Assembly (NCBI RefSeq): GCF_009914755.1
Contig: NC_060927.1
Reading direction: 5' to 3' (one strand)
From: the human T2T-CHM13v2.0 reference genome, Homo sapiens
DNA: 64,000 bases
Translations under genes and position numbers: made by a program
Shown: piece by piece, positions 25,931 to 38,184 of the stretch
Layout: every line of letters starts with the position of its first letter
How positions within the stretch are numbered: position 1 is the stretch's first letter
The notes under the pieces: generated by a model
The model's input: only the letters and a program-made list of their open reading frames with translations
What the model was told of the DNA's origin: nothing
Databases searched by the model: none

Positions 25931-27675
25931 AGATGCCTAGACTCCTCTCTGGCCTCCCTACCTCTGGGTCCTTCTATCAGTTATGGTCTAGATTGAGCTG
26001 CTGTAGCAGAGAGGCCCCCAGATACAGTAGCATAAATAAGAAAGACATGTTTCTCTTTCATGGAACTGTCTAAAGGTAGTCCAAGACTGGTGGGAGCTCT
26101 GCCAGCCTCAGCAGCCTTGGGTGCAAACTGTTTGCTCCATTTCTCTTCAGTTCCTGACCAGTGCGAAGGGGACACGGGCCATGTGAGTGCATTCCCGTTT
26201 GGCTCTTTTATGGGCAAGACCAGAACTGGGCTCCATCATTTCTGGACATACCCTGTTGGCCAGAAGATAGTCACATGACCACTGCTAGTGACAGGTTGTT
26301 TAGGAAATGTCTAGACAGTGTAGCTGGATGCCCAGCCAAAGCTCCATACCAAAGAATGGCTATGGGGGGACAATTGGAAATCCACCACTGTTGTTTGTTG
26401 CCTCCTCATTACCTCTTGAAAACACCCACATCCACCTTGGCCCGACGTCTGTTCAGGACCTCTGTTCTCTAGATGCTGGTTGGCCACACCTTTCCTGGTG
26501 CCTTCAGGGACCTCAAACTGAGGACATCCAGTACAGAACCTGTCTTCTCTCCATACCTGGGCTTGAATCATTTACAAAACATTGCGCAATTGGGATAGCT
26601 GCTCAGTTCTCCATAGTTAGCAGTGGAGGGGTCCTCGAGAAGGCACAATGCTGTCAATTCTGCCCAGACATTCATGGGGGTTGCTTCTGGGGACCAAGCA
26701 GGGAATATCCCACAGAGTCGTCTTTGACTATTTTCTCCTAGTGCTCATCTGGCCTTCCAGGCAGCTGACCTCAGGGCTTCCACTGAGACCCCAGATGTGC
26801 ATGTCTCTGTTTGGAAGATGATCTGTTAAGATGCCACCCATGGCAAAGCAGACAGCTCTTCCCCTGGCTGGCTGTCCAAAGTATGGCCCTGGCCAGACCT
26901 CAGATGGGGGCAGTGTTTTCTACCAGATCAGACAGAATCGGAGAGAAGTGCTCCAGAGTTGGCGACTCCCTCCTGGGAATTGCTTCAGGATAAGGACTGA
27001 GATGGAGGTCAAGCCAGCGTGGCCTTTGGTGCTAGAGGGTCTGCTAGGGGCAGGCCTTGGTTGGGCATGGCTGCCTCTAGGCCTGAGTCTTGAGTGCCTG
27101 GATACCCCTAGCATGTGAGGCAAGTTCCCAGAGCTTTCTCCCAAGCCTCCCTGTAAATGAGCAGACCCACCTAGCTTTAATGCTAATTCCTTTTGCAATG
27201 AGCCTGAACTTCCTTGTTTCCCAGTTAAAGCCAGCCCATTAACACTGCCCCATCTGTCACCATAAATGGAAAGTTTTTCTAACAGGTGGGCAGGCAGTTC
27301 TCCCATGCTAATGAGGAATCGATGAAATTCCTCCAGGAACTGACATCATGGCTATGGGCCCTGCCTTTGCTGTCTCCACAAGAAGGCACAGCTGAGCAAG
27401 GGCAGTTGGTGCCCCGTGCTGACCCCAGCACAACATCTTGACCTCTTGAGGATCTGGAAGGGTAGGAGGGAGAGGAACGGTGGTCTAAGGCTTCTCATCT
27501 TTCTTGCTCTCTGGCTTTCCCTGGAGTCACCACCGGTAGGGCTGAAAAGGAATGTATGTTTTTCTTTTGTGTTCAGGCCTTGCCGGGCCTCTGGGGGACT
27601 GTTATTTTTTTTTTTTCTCTGGGCATCTGGTTGCACTTCTTTGAAGGCAGTTCTTTTTCTCACTAATAAGAATTT

Positions 27676-27982
27676 GCCACCATGTGTGGTAGCTCATGCC
27701 TGTAATTCCAGCACTTTGGGAGGCAGAGGTGGGCCGATTGCTTGAGGCCAGAAGTTCGAGACCAGCCTGGGCAACATGGCAAAACCCTGTCTCTACAAAA
27801 AATACAAAAATTAGCCAGGCGTGATGGTGTACACCTGTGGTCCCAGCTACTGGGGAAGCTGAGGCACGAGAATTGCTTGAGCCTTGGAGGTCGAGGTTGC
27901 AGTGAGCCGAGATCATGTCACACTGCACTCTAGCCTAGGTGACAGAGTGAGACCCTGTCTCAAAAAAAAAAAAAAAAAAAAA
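27676..27982 (+). mobile_element. Alu (J or old S)
   Basis: Alu dimer and poly(A). Confidence 0.92.
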
Positions 27983-28854
27983 GCGCCTGCATTGCCCTAA
28001 CTTGATTTTTATCTTATCCTCTAGGGTAGCCCAGATTCTGCTCCTTTGCTGGGGCCCTCTAGCCAGAGCAGACCTGGGTTTTTAGGGTTTTAGAGTGTGA
28101 GTTTTTTATTTATTCTTCTTTTGTTATGTCTAGCAGCTAGGATTGGAGGCTGCCGCAGCATGGTGTGAATTCAGGAGCCGGGTTGCCTGGGGTCGAATCC
28201 TGCTTCCCAGTTGTGCTCCCTGAGCAGGGCACTGAATCCTCTGTTGTCCCTGCTGGTGATCCTGCCTCCTCCCTGGATAGTCATAAGACTTCTTGAGATA
28301 AGGGACAAGCTTAGAGCAGCACCAGGTGCACAGCACATGGAATGTGCCTGTACTGCCCTCTGAGGTTTACCAGTTATGCCCCTCCAAAGCCTTGTACCCT
28401 GTCCACCTCTGGGACACGGCCTCATGCATAGTAAAATTCACTCATCTAATGGCCGTTTAAAAATCACAGCTTTTAGGCCAGAGTCTTAGGATGAGGCCAG
28501 AGCTTAGAACCTGTGTGTGTGAGTAGGGGCACTCTAGGACTAGCATTTTGAAATTGGCATTCCTGTCCCACGCATATCCTGTGCTTCACTGGGGACAGGC
28601 TCTGGGTGCAGGAGCTGTTTGGGCTTAGAAAAGGTGGGGAAGAAGGCCAGGCTCTGAGAATGCAGCTCACTCCTTCCTATTTTTCATTTGTCACTGGTCC
28701 CTGGGAAACGGTTTTCTCCAGCAGTTTTGGTTGTTGCCACAGCCAGAGAGAACCCCACTGTGCCTTGTGAATGAAGTCCTGGAACTGTTGGCAGGACTCT
28801 GGTCACAGCAGCCCCTCTTCTGGGATCCGGTCTCTTCCTGTGGTGTGTGAGCGG

Positions 28855-28873
28855 AGCCCACTAGGTGGCAGGC
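28855..28873 (+). promoter_or_regulatory. Candidate CTCF site
   Basis: CCACTAGGTGGCAG (28858-28871) fits the core CCASYAGRKGGCRS. Binding is not shown. Confidence 0.45.
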
Positions 28874-31800
28874 CTGGGCCACTTGTTGGCTGGAAGAACA
28901 GGCGTGCTGGGAGAAGGCCTTGGGCAGGGTGGGGAGAAGGCCCCTTCCCCCGATGTCATCCTCTGAGGGCCTGTAACCTGGTAGCTTTGAGACTGATTAA
29001 ATCTAGCTGAGGAGGCTGAAAGGCCCTCTACCCAAGGCCTGATCTTTCATCTCCTGCCCTCTTTTTGTTGGGAGACCTGGCTTTTTAGTGTTATCTGACC
29101 TCCCTTTGTTGTGGCTGCCCTGGGGGACAGGTTGACCAGGTTTGTACTGCCCTGTGGGGACTTAGCATCCCGTTCGTTCTCCCTGCCCCTTTAGCGCGGC
29201 TTGCTGAGGAAGGGCCCGCTTTTCTCTCACCCTGTTCTCCTCCTCATCCAGAAAGTTACTGATGGCTTGGCTTGGATCCAGAAAAATGTAAAGAAGGAGC
29301 AGTTGGGATTAGATGAGGAAGGAGAAATATTGGGGTTTTATGATGGGCTGGGCTGGGGCATTGACTCCTCAACCCCAGCTACTTTGTTCCTAGACCTCGT
29401 AAGTCACATTGTTTGTCATTGCCAGGTACCCGAGGTTAAGGCCAAATTAAGAACTGTGTCTGTGGACTGCTTCCCCAGCTGGCAGAGGGGCGGGGGATAG
29501 GAGGATTCCTTGCACTAGTCCTTCTCTTGGTAGCTGGTGGCACCCTTCAAGCGCCTTTTCCTTGGCTGCTTTTTGTAAAACAAGCAGATTCTGACTTTCT
29601 TGGGGGCGGATGGACTGTCACACGATTTTGGCAGCCAAGGGGATTTTTTCAGGGCCCAGGGAAGGCACATGGAGCAAACAGCTAACATATCAGTGGCTTG
29701 GACTTCCCATGGCAAGCAGCCGTTGCATGAAGGAACCTCAAGTTGGCATCTGGATATGGTCATGCTTGCTTGTTTCTGTGAAGAAGTCAAGGTTCGGCAG
29801 CAGGAGCTGTGCCGTCCTTTTGCCCACCTGGAGGCTGAGGAGGAGGGGCACTGAGGCACTCGTAGCTGGGTGCAGATCATTCCAAAGACATTCCAGGAGC
29901 ATGCTGCAGCCCGCCTGCATGCCTGCCATAGCTGCGGCTTGTAGACCGGCCTTGGGGTGGAGTTCTCTGTAAACATTGGACGGGGCCTCTGTAGAAGTGG
30001 CATCAGCAGAGAGTTTGTCTCAACCTTATTGGGACCTTGGCTAGCATTCTCTTCCCAGATAAAGATCAGTGTCCTGCCTCTCTTCTTGCTTCTCTTCATC
30101 TGCCCTTGCCCCTGTCTCTCTCTCTGGTGTACAGGCGCATTGCCCAGAGTTTCGTGGGCTGCCTTTCTGCAGCAGTGGGTGAAGAGAGGGCCCACGGGTT
30201 TGGTTCTTCCTGCTCTCTGGGCTGCAGTGCTCCAGCACGAGTCTGGGTGGCAGTGGGCACCAAGGGCTGTGGTGGGCACATGCTGAGCCTTGCTGGAAGT
30301 AGTACTACCTGAGAGGTACCAGCACGTGGCCTGGAGAAGCTCAGCAGTACCTGCTTTTCCTGAGAGGGGTGGAGAGGAAAGGGATTGCCAGGCTTGAGTG
30401 TTTATTGGGAAGGTGGTGTATAAATTCCATGTGGAGGCGGGGGATCCTGTTAGAATTATTCACATGCTTCCTTAGAGTCCCAGCAGCATTGACATCCCTG
30501 TTACCCTGATCTGTAATCTCTGGTTTGTCCACATTAGTCCATAAAATAGTCATAGCAGTTAGAGCTGCAGTTCTTTGGATCACAGTCTGAACTGCCTTGA
30601 GAGAAGGTAGCAGGTAGTAGAAAAGGTTAAAAGAATCTCATCTGTGTTACTGAAACAAGTTGTGTGGCCTTGGTTAAGTGTCTCTGGGCATCACTTTCCC
30701 CATCCGTAATACAGGGACAGCAATATTGACTTCACAGGGTTGTTGCAAGGATCAAGTGTAAACATCTTCAGAGTGCCTAGCTCAGTGCTTCACCTGCCAT
30801 AGGTCCTAGAAAGCAATCATTCCTTCCAAGAGATGGTGCCAGCAGCTGGCTCTGTCAGCATATACTGCCCTTCAGCCCCTAAGCCATGTACCTAGCCCTT
30901 TGGGATCATGCAAATCTCCCTGTGGACATCTGTGCCAGAACACCCAGTGGCACCCTTTGTGGCTGAGCTCTTTCTAAGGTACCGGCTATTGGCAGAGGAG
31001 CAAGCTGGGGTAAGGAGGCGAGCATGTCCAGGAACATTCTTTCTTTTCCTCTCCAAAGCAGGCTGCCTCTAACAGCTCGGCTTCCGAAGTGAAAATCCTG
31101 TGTGCTCCTAATTGGTTTTCAGGGGAGATTGATTTTTGCCAGTGTAACTGCTGCTAGGAACCCTGATGTCTCTCTCCTTAGGGATCACGTCCCTCCAGAT
31201 GAATTTTGTTTTTAGTCCCCATCGAATCCACTTGCCACCTTTTCTAGCAGGACCTGTTTAGGAGCCCTGGAGATGAAATGGTAGGCACCTTTGGTGCTTT
31301 GGCCTTTGGGAGGCTGTCTCTCAGAACGTCTCCAGGCTAAGAAGCTGATGGGCAGGAAGGGCAGTGGCTGCAAGGAGGGAGTGTGGCTGCTGCCAGTCTC
31401 CTGGGTCTGGCATCTTCCCATTGGGGGCAATGAGTTGTCATATTCTAAAATCCTGATGAAGTGGGGAGTGTGGAGAGAATCCAAGCTCCTCGAGTACCTG
31501 AAGAACGATGGCCTGGAAAAGAGGAGGCCAGCTGTGTTCTGGCTCTAGCGAGGGCAGAGGAAAGTGGATTGGGCATAAGCAGTGCCAGCCAAGAACATGA
31601 GGAGGGAGAAGGGTTCAAAGAAATCAGAGTTGAGAACTCTCTTCAGGACCTGTCCTGGATGGCAGGCAGCAGCTCTGTCTTCAGTCGGGAGGAGAGGTAC
31701 CAGGAGGGATCAACAGCTGGGAATGGGTTTTTGAGGTTTCTGTGTCCATCTAGCTCAGCCCTGTCACTGTATAGGGCAGCCCAAGGCCCAGGGTGAGGCT

Positions 31801-32269
31801 AGGTGGCCTGTCCAAGAACCCAAGCGAATGCCCACATCTGCAAGTCCCTGGGCATGTGTCTTGGGGCTCTGGGTAACATCCCTGGCTGGAGGGTCATCTC
31901 TGAGGCTCTGCAGCACAGCAGGTATGAGGAAGTGTCTTCCACACTGTTTCTTGAAATCCTGTCATTTCACCAGGCTTCCCAGAGAGTCTGCAATATATCT
32001 GTATTTTAGTCACTGTAGCTCTCTTTTTGGCAGCCCGATTATTTAGGCCTGACAGGTAGGCACAACTGTCTCATTAAATGCAGATATATTTGTGTGACTT
32101 AAAAAAATAGAACATTCTATTAGTCTAAAAAAAGATACCAGTAGCTCCCCTTTTATTCATAAACTCAATATATCAAAATTTGTGGTCATTAAATGTATGA
32201 GATGGGAATGAAGTCAAGGCTTCTACCTTCTTATTGTGAAATATCCAGGTGTTGGTGGCACTGTTGTCT

Positions 32270-32294
32270 ATGTGTGTGTGTACATCTGTGTGTG

Positions 32295-32327
<33 letters not shown>
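32270..32327. repeat. (TG)n microsatellite
   Basis: Directly visible. Confidence 0.95.
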
Positions 32328-32330
<3 letters not shown>

Positions 32331-33548
32331 CACAGACATTCCTTATGCCTGGTCCTGGATCAGGTGCTTTGAGTAGGTTTTCTCATTTGATTCTCACAGT
32401 GCCCCTTTAGGTAGGGGCAGTGTTGACCCTTTTTGCAGATGACTGTGAGGCTCTGGGAGGTTAGTAAACTGTCCAGGGCCGTGCAGTGGGTCTGTGCAGG
32501 GCTCGGAGAGAATCCCTGTTGCAGCAGCTGGTCTGTCTGTAGGTACTGGTGCTAGAGAGCCTGATGGACATTGCAGCTGGAACACAGGACCGAGTTTCCC
32601 ACTGTGGTCGTGATTCTTCACCAACCCCTCTGCCCACCCCTACCTCGGACCCATAGCTTAGAATCTGGGGCTGGGGAAGGTAGAGAGAGGAAATAGAGAT
32701 GGCAGAAGCCTCTTGGGTGATTCTGTTAAATACACCCACTATTGAGAATCAATAGTTTTTGTAAAAGGAGAAAGATGAACATTATTAAAACGCTTCTCCT
32801 TTGTCTCCAATAGAGCTGCCTGGGGAGCCACAGGCTGCTGGAGAGCCTGGCCTCCTGAAGGGAGGGTGTCCACTTGTTTCTCACCCCAGCTGGACCATGG
32901 AGAGCTTTTTCCATTCTGATGTACATGCCATATGCTGTAAGGCAGGGGGGAAGTGGAATGTGTAGCTCACCAGTGTTTTTCAGGATTGCCTCCCTTTATA
33001 AATCCGGGTCTCCCTACTCTGTCATACCCACACCATAGGCTGGTGGTCCTGGATAACCTTGAGCAAATTATAAACACTCTGTGGCCGCAGTTTCCTCAGT
33101 TGTAGTATCAAGCAGCCTCACAGGGCATGAGAACTAAATGGGAAATCATTCATTTACCTATTCACTCAACAGGTATTTATTGAAGATTCTGTGCACCATG
33201 CTCTGTTCCAGGCATTGGGGATACAGCAGAACAGAACAAAGCTCTTACCCTTTAGCACTTGCATACTAGTTGTATGGAATGTAAGGATGGAGAGATAGTA
33301 AACAAGTAGATAATAGGTCAGTGGTAAGTATGAGTGGTTAACCTTAGTCTGGTTATCCACTTGTGTCTTGTTAATTAAGGCAAGAATCACATCATGTATG
33401 TTTGTTTTCACCTGTATCCTTGTGCACTTGTAAATCAACTGGTGGTATTACAGATTTCTACCTCTTCCTCCTTTCTTTTTTAGCATAGGGAAGAAAGCCT
33501 GAACAACCACACGCGTATTTGTTTTTCTTGATAAAATCGCAGGTTGTG

Positions 33549-33781
33549 TAGGTTGAGCCTCCTAAATCTAAAAATCTGCAGTCTAGAATGCTCCCAAATT
33601 CAAAACTTTGCAAGTGCTGACATGACACTCAAAGGAAATGCTCATTGGAGCATTTTGGATTTTGGGTTTTCAGATATGGGATGTTCAACCTAAGTATAGT
33701 GCAAATATTCAAAAATCACAAAAAATTCAAAGTCTGAAACACTTTGGTCTCATGCATTTCAGGTAAGGGAAACTGACCCTG
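33549..33781. mobile_element. Tigger4a (Zombi) MITE
   Basis: AGGTTGAGC...AAGGAAATGCTCATTGGAGCATTTTGGATTTT...CCTG|TA; ~233 bp. Confidence 0.8.
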
Positions 33782-35699
33782 TACTTGGGGACTTTGTCAC
33801 CCTATCTGGAAGAAGTCTAGGGAAAAGTCCTTAACAACACTAAAGCAGTGATGAGGTGGTGGTGGGGCAGGGGGGCTCAAAAGGAAAAGGGAAAATATTG
33901 CTCTGGAAAGACAACTTTGAAAGTAAAGGGCTTTGTTTATGGTGTATAGATCATTGGGAAAGTAGAGAAAGTGAACACAGACTTCCGCAGCAAGCTCAAA
34001 CTAGTGCCAGGAGGCATTTTGCAAAGATTGAAGAATAGGACACACCACTTTTGCTTAGTGCATAGATATCTTGAGGTAGGTACCATGAGGTGGTACAGGT
34101 TAGAAATCTAAGCCAGTTTTAAGAAAACTGATGTTAAGCAAACTTAATACCTTCTGGACAAGTAGGCCACAGAAGCGAGTAAGAAATTGTAAGAAAACAC
34201 AGCAGGGATTGGTGAGCACCTACGTACCACAGAGCTCTGGGAGTATGAGCCCAGGGGTGCCCAGCTGCCGACAGGGGTATCTTTGTGAATTTTTGGGTGT
34301 CAGCAACTAATTCAGACTTTAAAAAAGAAGAGGGAGGAGAAAGAGGAAGAAAAGGAAGAAACTGGTATGGTATAAACAAAACAAATCTGAAAGCTCAATG
34401 TGGCCCAGTGCCCTACCAGATTATAAACTGGTTTGGATGAACCCACTCTCAGGTCTTTTAGTGGAAGGCAGGTTTTTGGTAAGTTTTTGAGCTGGAATTT
34501 GGGACCAGATGAACTCTTGGGCAAGCCCTCTGTGGCCCGATGATAACCTTCAGTTTGCATCTGTGAAACAGGCCACTGCCAGCTGCTCCATGTCTGTGGG
34601 GAGCTTTGAAATCTTGATTAAAAGGCCCCAGCTAAATAGAGAAGATGCTTCTGGTGTATTGACAATCTTTCTGTGGCCATCAGCGCCCATCAGCAGGTGC
34701 TGCCCTCAGCGTCCCTTCCAGCCTGTAGCTGTGTCTGCTATTTTTAGCTCTTCTGCAACTCCATTAACCATATCCACCTCCTCATGCCACTTGTCTGTAT
34801 GTTTAATTATGTAAATGGCATTACAAATCACAGTGGTGTTGAACTACATCTCATTTCTCACAGCAAATCAAAGCATGTTACACTGTGTCTTTTTGGCCAT
34901 TCTTTCAATCTGAAGGTAGACACGGTAGAGGATGATTGCTTTCTTCTTGTGAGGAAGATGAGTTGGGAAAATGGATGTTTTGGTAAAAGTGATTTCATGG
35001 GATGCATGTGGGATCTCACTAAGCGGCTGACTTTTGTTCTTTTAACTTAAGATAATGGGTTTTGTGTCTATTAAGCCAGTTATTTGCTGTCCCATTTTTA
35101 GCAATTGGCTTTAATTCTCAAGCCACTCTCAAGTTTGTAGGTGAGCAAGGAGATGTGTGCAGTCTTTGAACTATAGGAGGAGGACGAATGGAGCCAGTAA
35201 GACTTTCCTTTGCCAGGTCACTTGTAGGAGGGATGGGTCTGAGACCGCCCTGTGTCCTCCTCTCTCATTACCTCCAGAATGTGTTCTTTTAGAAAGCCAC
35301 CCTTTCTGTCTACCCTGCGTCACTTATGTTGTAATAGAAGCTCATTTCCTTTTGACTGGTGTTCAATAAAGAGTAAATGGTCAGTACCCTTCCTGGAATA
35401 AGTCTTCACTTTTTGTGCTCTGCTTTGGATCGCATCTGTGGGCCCTGTGTGCTTTCTCATTCTCTGCTACCTCTTGCTGTCAGCTCACCAGCGTGGTCAG
35501 GTCTGCCTGTTCTCGCCAGTCCAGCCCTGCGGCCTCCTGCAGCCCTGCCACTTTCTACCAGCAGCTCTTATCTCTCATTGCCTGTTCATTTGTGGTGTTC
35601 TTGTAATCCAGTGGTTAGCCCTACTACTCTTCTGAAATGATTTACTCAGATGCTTTCCTGCCTTCCAAAGCCAGAGTGTTCTTCAGGCCTCACTCTACC

Positions 35700-36763
35700 T
35701 GTATTGTTATTGAGTCATGTAAGAGTTACTTGGAGATATTGTAATTTCATCCATAAATACCTGAATATGCATCTCATCTCCTTAAGAACAAGAACATTCT
35801 CCTGTCTCACCACAATAAGATGATTGTACTTTCTACCTCATACATAGGCTACATTCAGTTTTCCTTGTCCCAATCAAGTCTTTTGTAGTGGTCATTTGAA
35901 ATTCCAAGATTCAGTCAAGGACATGCATTTCTTATAGTTGCTGTGTCTCTTGTGTGCTTTAATCTAGTAGAAGAGTTTTCCCAGGCCTTATTTAGTCTTT
36001 TATGACATTGATATTGAAGAACCCAGCTACACTGTCTCTATAAAACCACTTGGATTTTTCTGATCTTTTCCTCATGATGAGGTTCAGGTTAAATGGTTTG
36101 GTCAAATAGGCGCTACCGGGTGATTTTTTGCTCTCCTCACTGTATTATATCAGGAGATACATGATGGCAGCTCCTGTCGCTCTTGGCACCATTAAATTTG
36201 ATTACTTGGTTAAGGTGGTTTATACCACATTTTGCTATGGTAAAGGTACTGTTAGTCTGTTCTTGCATTACTGTGAAGAAATATCTGAGGCTGGGTAGTT
36301 TATAAAGAAGAGGTTTAATTGGCTTAGGTTTCTGAAGGCTGTACAGGAAGCATGGCACTAGCATCTGCTCGCTTTTGGAGAGGCCTCAGGGAGCTTTTAC
36401 TCATGGTGGGAAGGCAAAGGGGGAATAGGCGTCTCACATGGTGAGAACAGGAGCAAGGACTGGGGAGGTGCCACATACTTAAAACAACTAGATCTCTTGA
36501 AAACTTGCTCACTGTGGTGAGGACAGCACCAAGCCATGAAGGATCTGCCCCATGACCTAAACACCTCCCATCAGGCCCCACCTCCAACACTGGGGATTAC
36601 ATTTCAACATGAGATTTGGGTGGGGACAAATACCCAAACTATATCAGGTACCTGTTCCTTTTTGAAATTAGTAAGTAATCTGTGGGGTGATGCTTTGCAA
36701 GTGTGTGGGATATCCTGTTTCCAGCCTTTCGTCCAACAATTTTCTGCCCATTGATGATTCTTG
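35700..36763 (-). mobile_element. Ancient L1ME/L1MC 3' region, left part (resumes at 50434)
   Basis: Diverged L1M-type motifs ending in CCATTGATGATTCTTG. Confidence 0.55.
36250..36646 (-). mobile_element. MSTA/MSTB solo LTR with 5-bp TSD
   Basis: TGTTAGTC...CAAACTATATCA flanked by GGTAC at 36245-36249 and 36647-36651. Confidence 0.9.
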
Positions 36764-37290
36764 ATTTGTTTTTTCAGTTCTTCTATTGTGGTAAAATATA
36801 TATAAAATAAAATTTGCCATTTAAGTCATTTTTAAGTATACAATTCATTGGCTTTAATTATAGTCACAATGTTGTGCAACCATCACCACTCTCCTTTTCC
36901 GGAACTTTTTCATCATTCCAAACTGAAACTGTACCCATCAAACAAAAATTCCCCCTTTCCCATATCTTTGGTCCTGTCAACTACTCCATTCTACTCTGTC
37001 TCTATGAATTTCACTACTCTAGGGACCTTATATAAGTGGAATCATAACAGTATTTGTCCTTTTGTAACTGGCTTATTTCACTTAACATAATACCTTCAAG
37101 GTTTATCCGTGTTATAGCATGTGTCAGAATTTCTTTCCTTTTTAAAGCTAAACAATAGTCCATTGTATGGATAGGCCACATTTATTCATCTGTTGATGGG
37201 CACTTGAGTTGTTTCTACCTTTTGGCTATTGTGAGTAATGCTGCTGTGAACAAGAGAGTGCAAATATCTCTTCAAGACCCTGCTTTCAAT

Positions 37291-37586
37291 TCTTTTTTTT
37301 TTCTCATTTGGAGGCAGGTCTTGCCCTGTCACCCAGGCTGGGGTGCAGTGGCACAATCATAGCTCACTGTAACCTCAAACTCCTGTGCTCAAGTGATCCT
37401 CCTGCCTCAGCCTCCTGAGTAGCTGGGACTACAGCTGTGCACCACCATGCCCATCTAATAAAAAATAATTTGTAGAGAGAGGATCTTGCTGTGTTGCCCA
37501 GGCTGGTCTCAACCTCCTGGCAAGCGATCCTCCTGCCTTGGCCTCCCAAAGCGTTAGGATTATAGGCATGAGCCACTGTGCCTTGC
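37291..37586 (-). mobile_element. AluJ
   Basis: Antisense Alu with the J-type motif GGCACAATCATAGCTCACTG. Confidence 0.9.
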
Positions 37587-37749
37587 CAATATATATATAC
37601 GCACACACCCCCATAAGTAAAATTGTTGGATCATGGATTAATTTTGTTTTTAATATTTTAAGGAACTGCCTTACTGTTTTCTATAGCAGCTGCACCATTT
37701 TACATTCTTACCAGTTTCTCCACATCTTGGAGATGAGAGGTCCAGCTTC

Positions 37750-37944
37750 TCCACATCTTTGTCTCTGTCTCCATCTTCACATGGCATTCTTCCCTCTGTG
37801 TCTGTCTCTGTGTCCAGATTTTCCTCTTCAAAGGACACCAATTATATGACATTTAGGGCCCACCATAATACAGTATAACTTCATTTTAACTAATTACATC
37901 TGTAAAGAATGTAATTATCTATTTCCAATCAAGCTCACATTCTG
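37750..37944. mobile_element. MLT1B/C-like LTR fragment
   Basis: CCATCTTCACATGGCATTCTTCCC...AAGGACACCA...TTAGGGCCCACC...TAATTACATCTGTAAAG. Confidence 0.65.
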
Positions 37945-37945
37945 C

Positions 37946-38184
37946 ACATCATAGCTAACTCCAGCCTCCAATGGCTGGGCTCAAGCAGTCCTCCTTCCTC
38001 AGTTTCCCAAGTATCTGGGACTATAGGCATGCACCACCATGCCTGGCTAATTTTTTTATTTTTTAATAGGGACAGGGTCTTGCTATGTTGACCAGTCTGG
38101 TCTCAAACTATTGGCTTTAAGTGATTCTCCTGCCTTGGCCTCCTAAAGGGCTGGGATTACAAGTGTGAGCCACCGCACCCAGTC
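37946..38184 (-). mobile_element. AluJ lacking its 3' end
   Basis: Antisense Alu sequence. Confidence 0.85.

Noticed and set aside
26270-26750. Possible decayed coding or retroviral fragment
   Set aside because: No recognisable protein motif in the frames I translated; left unassigned.
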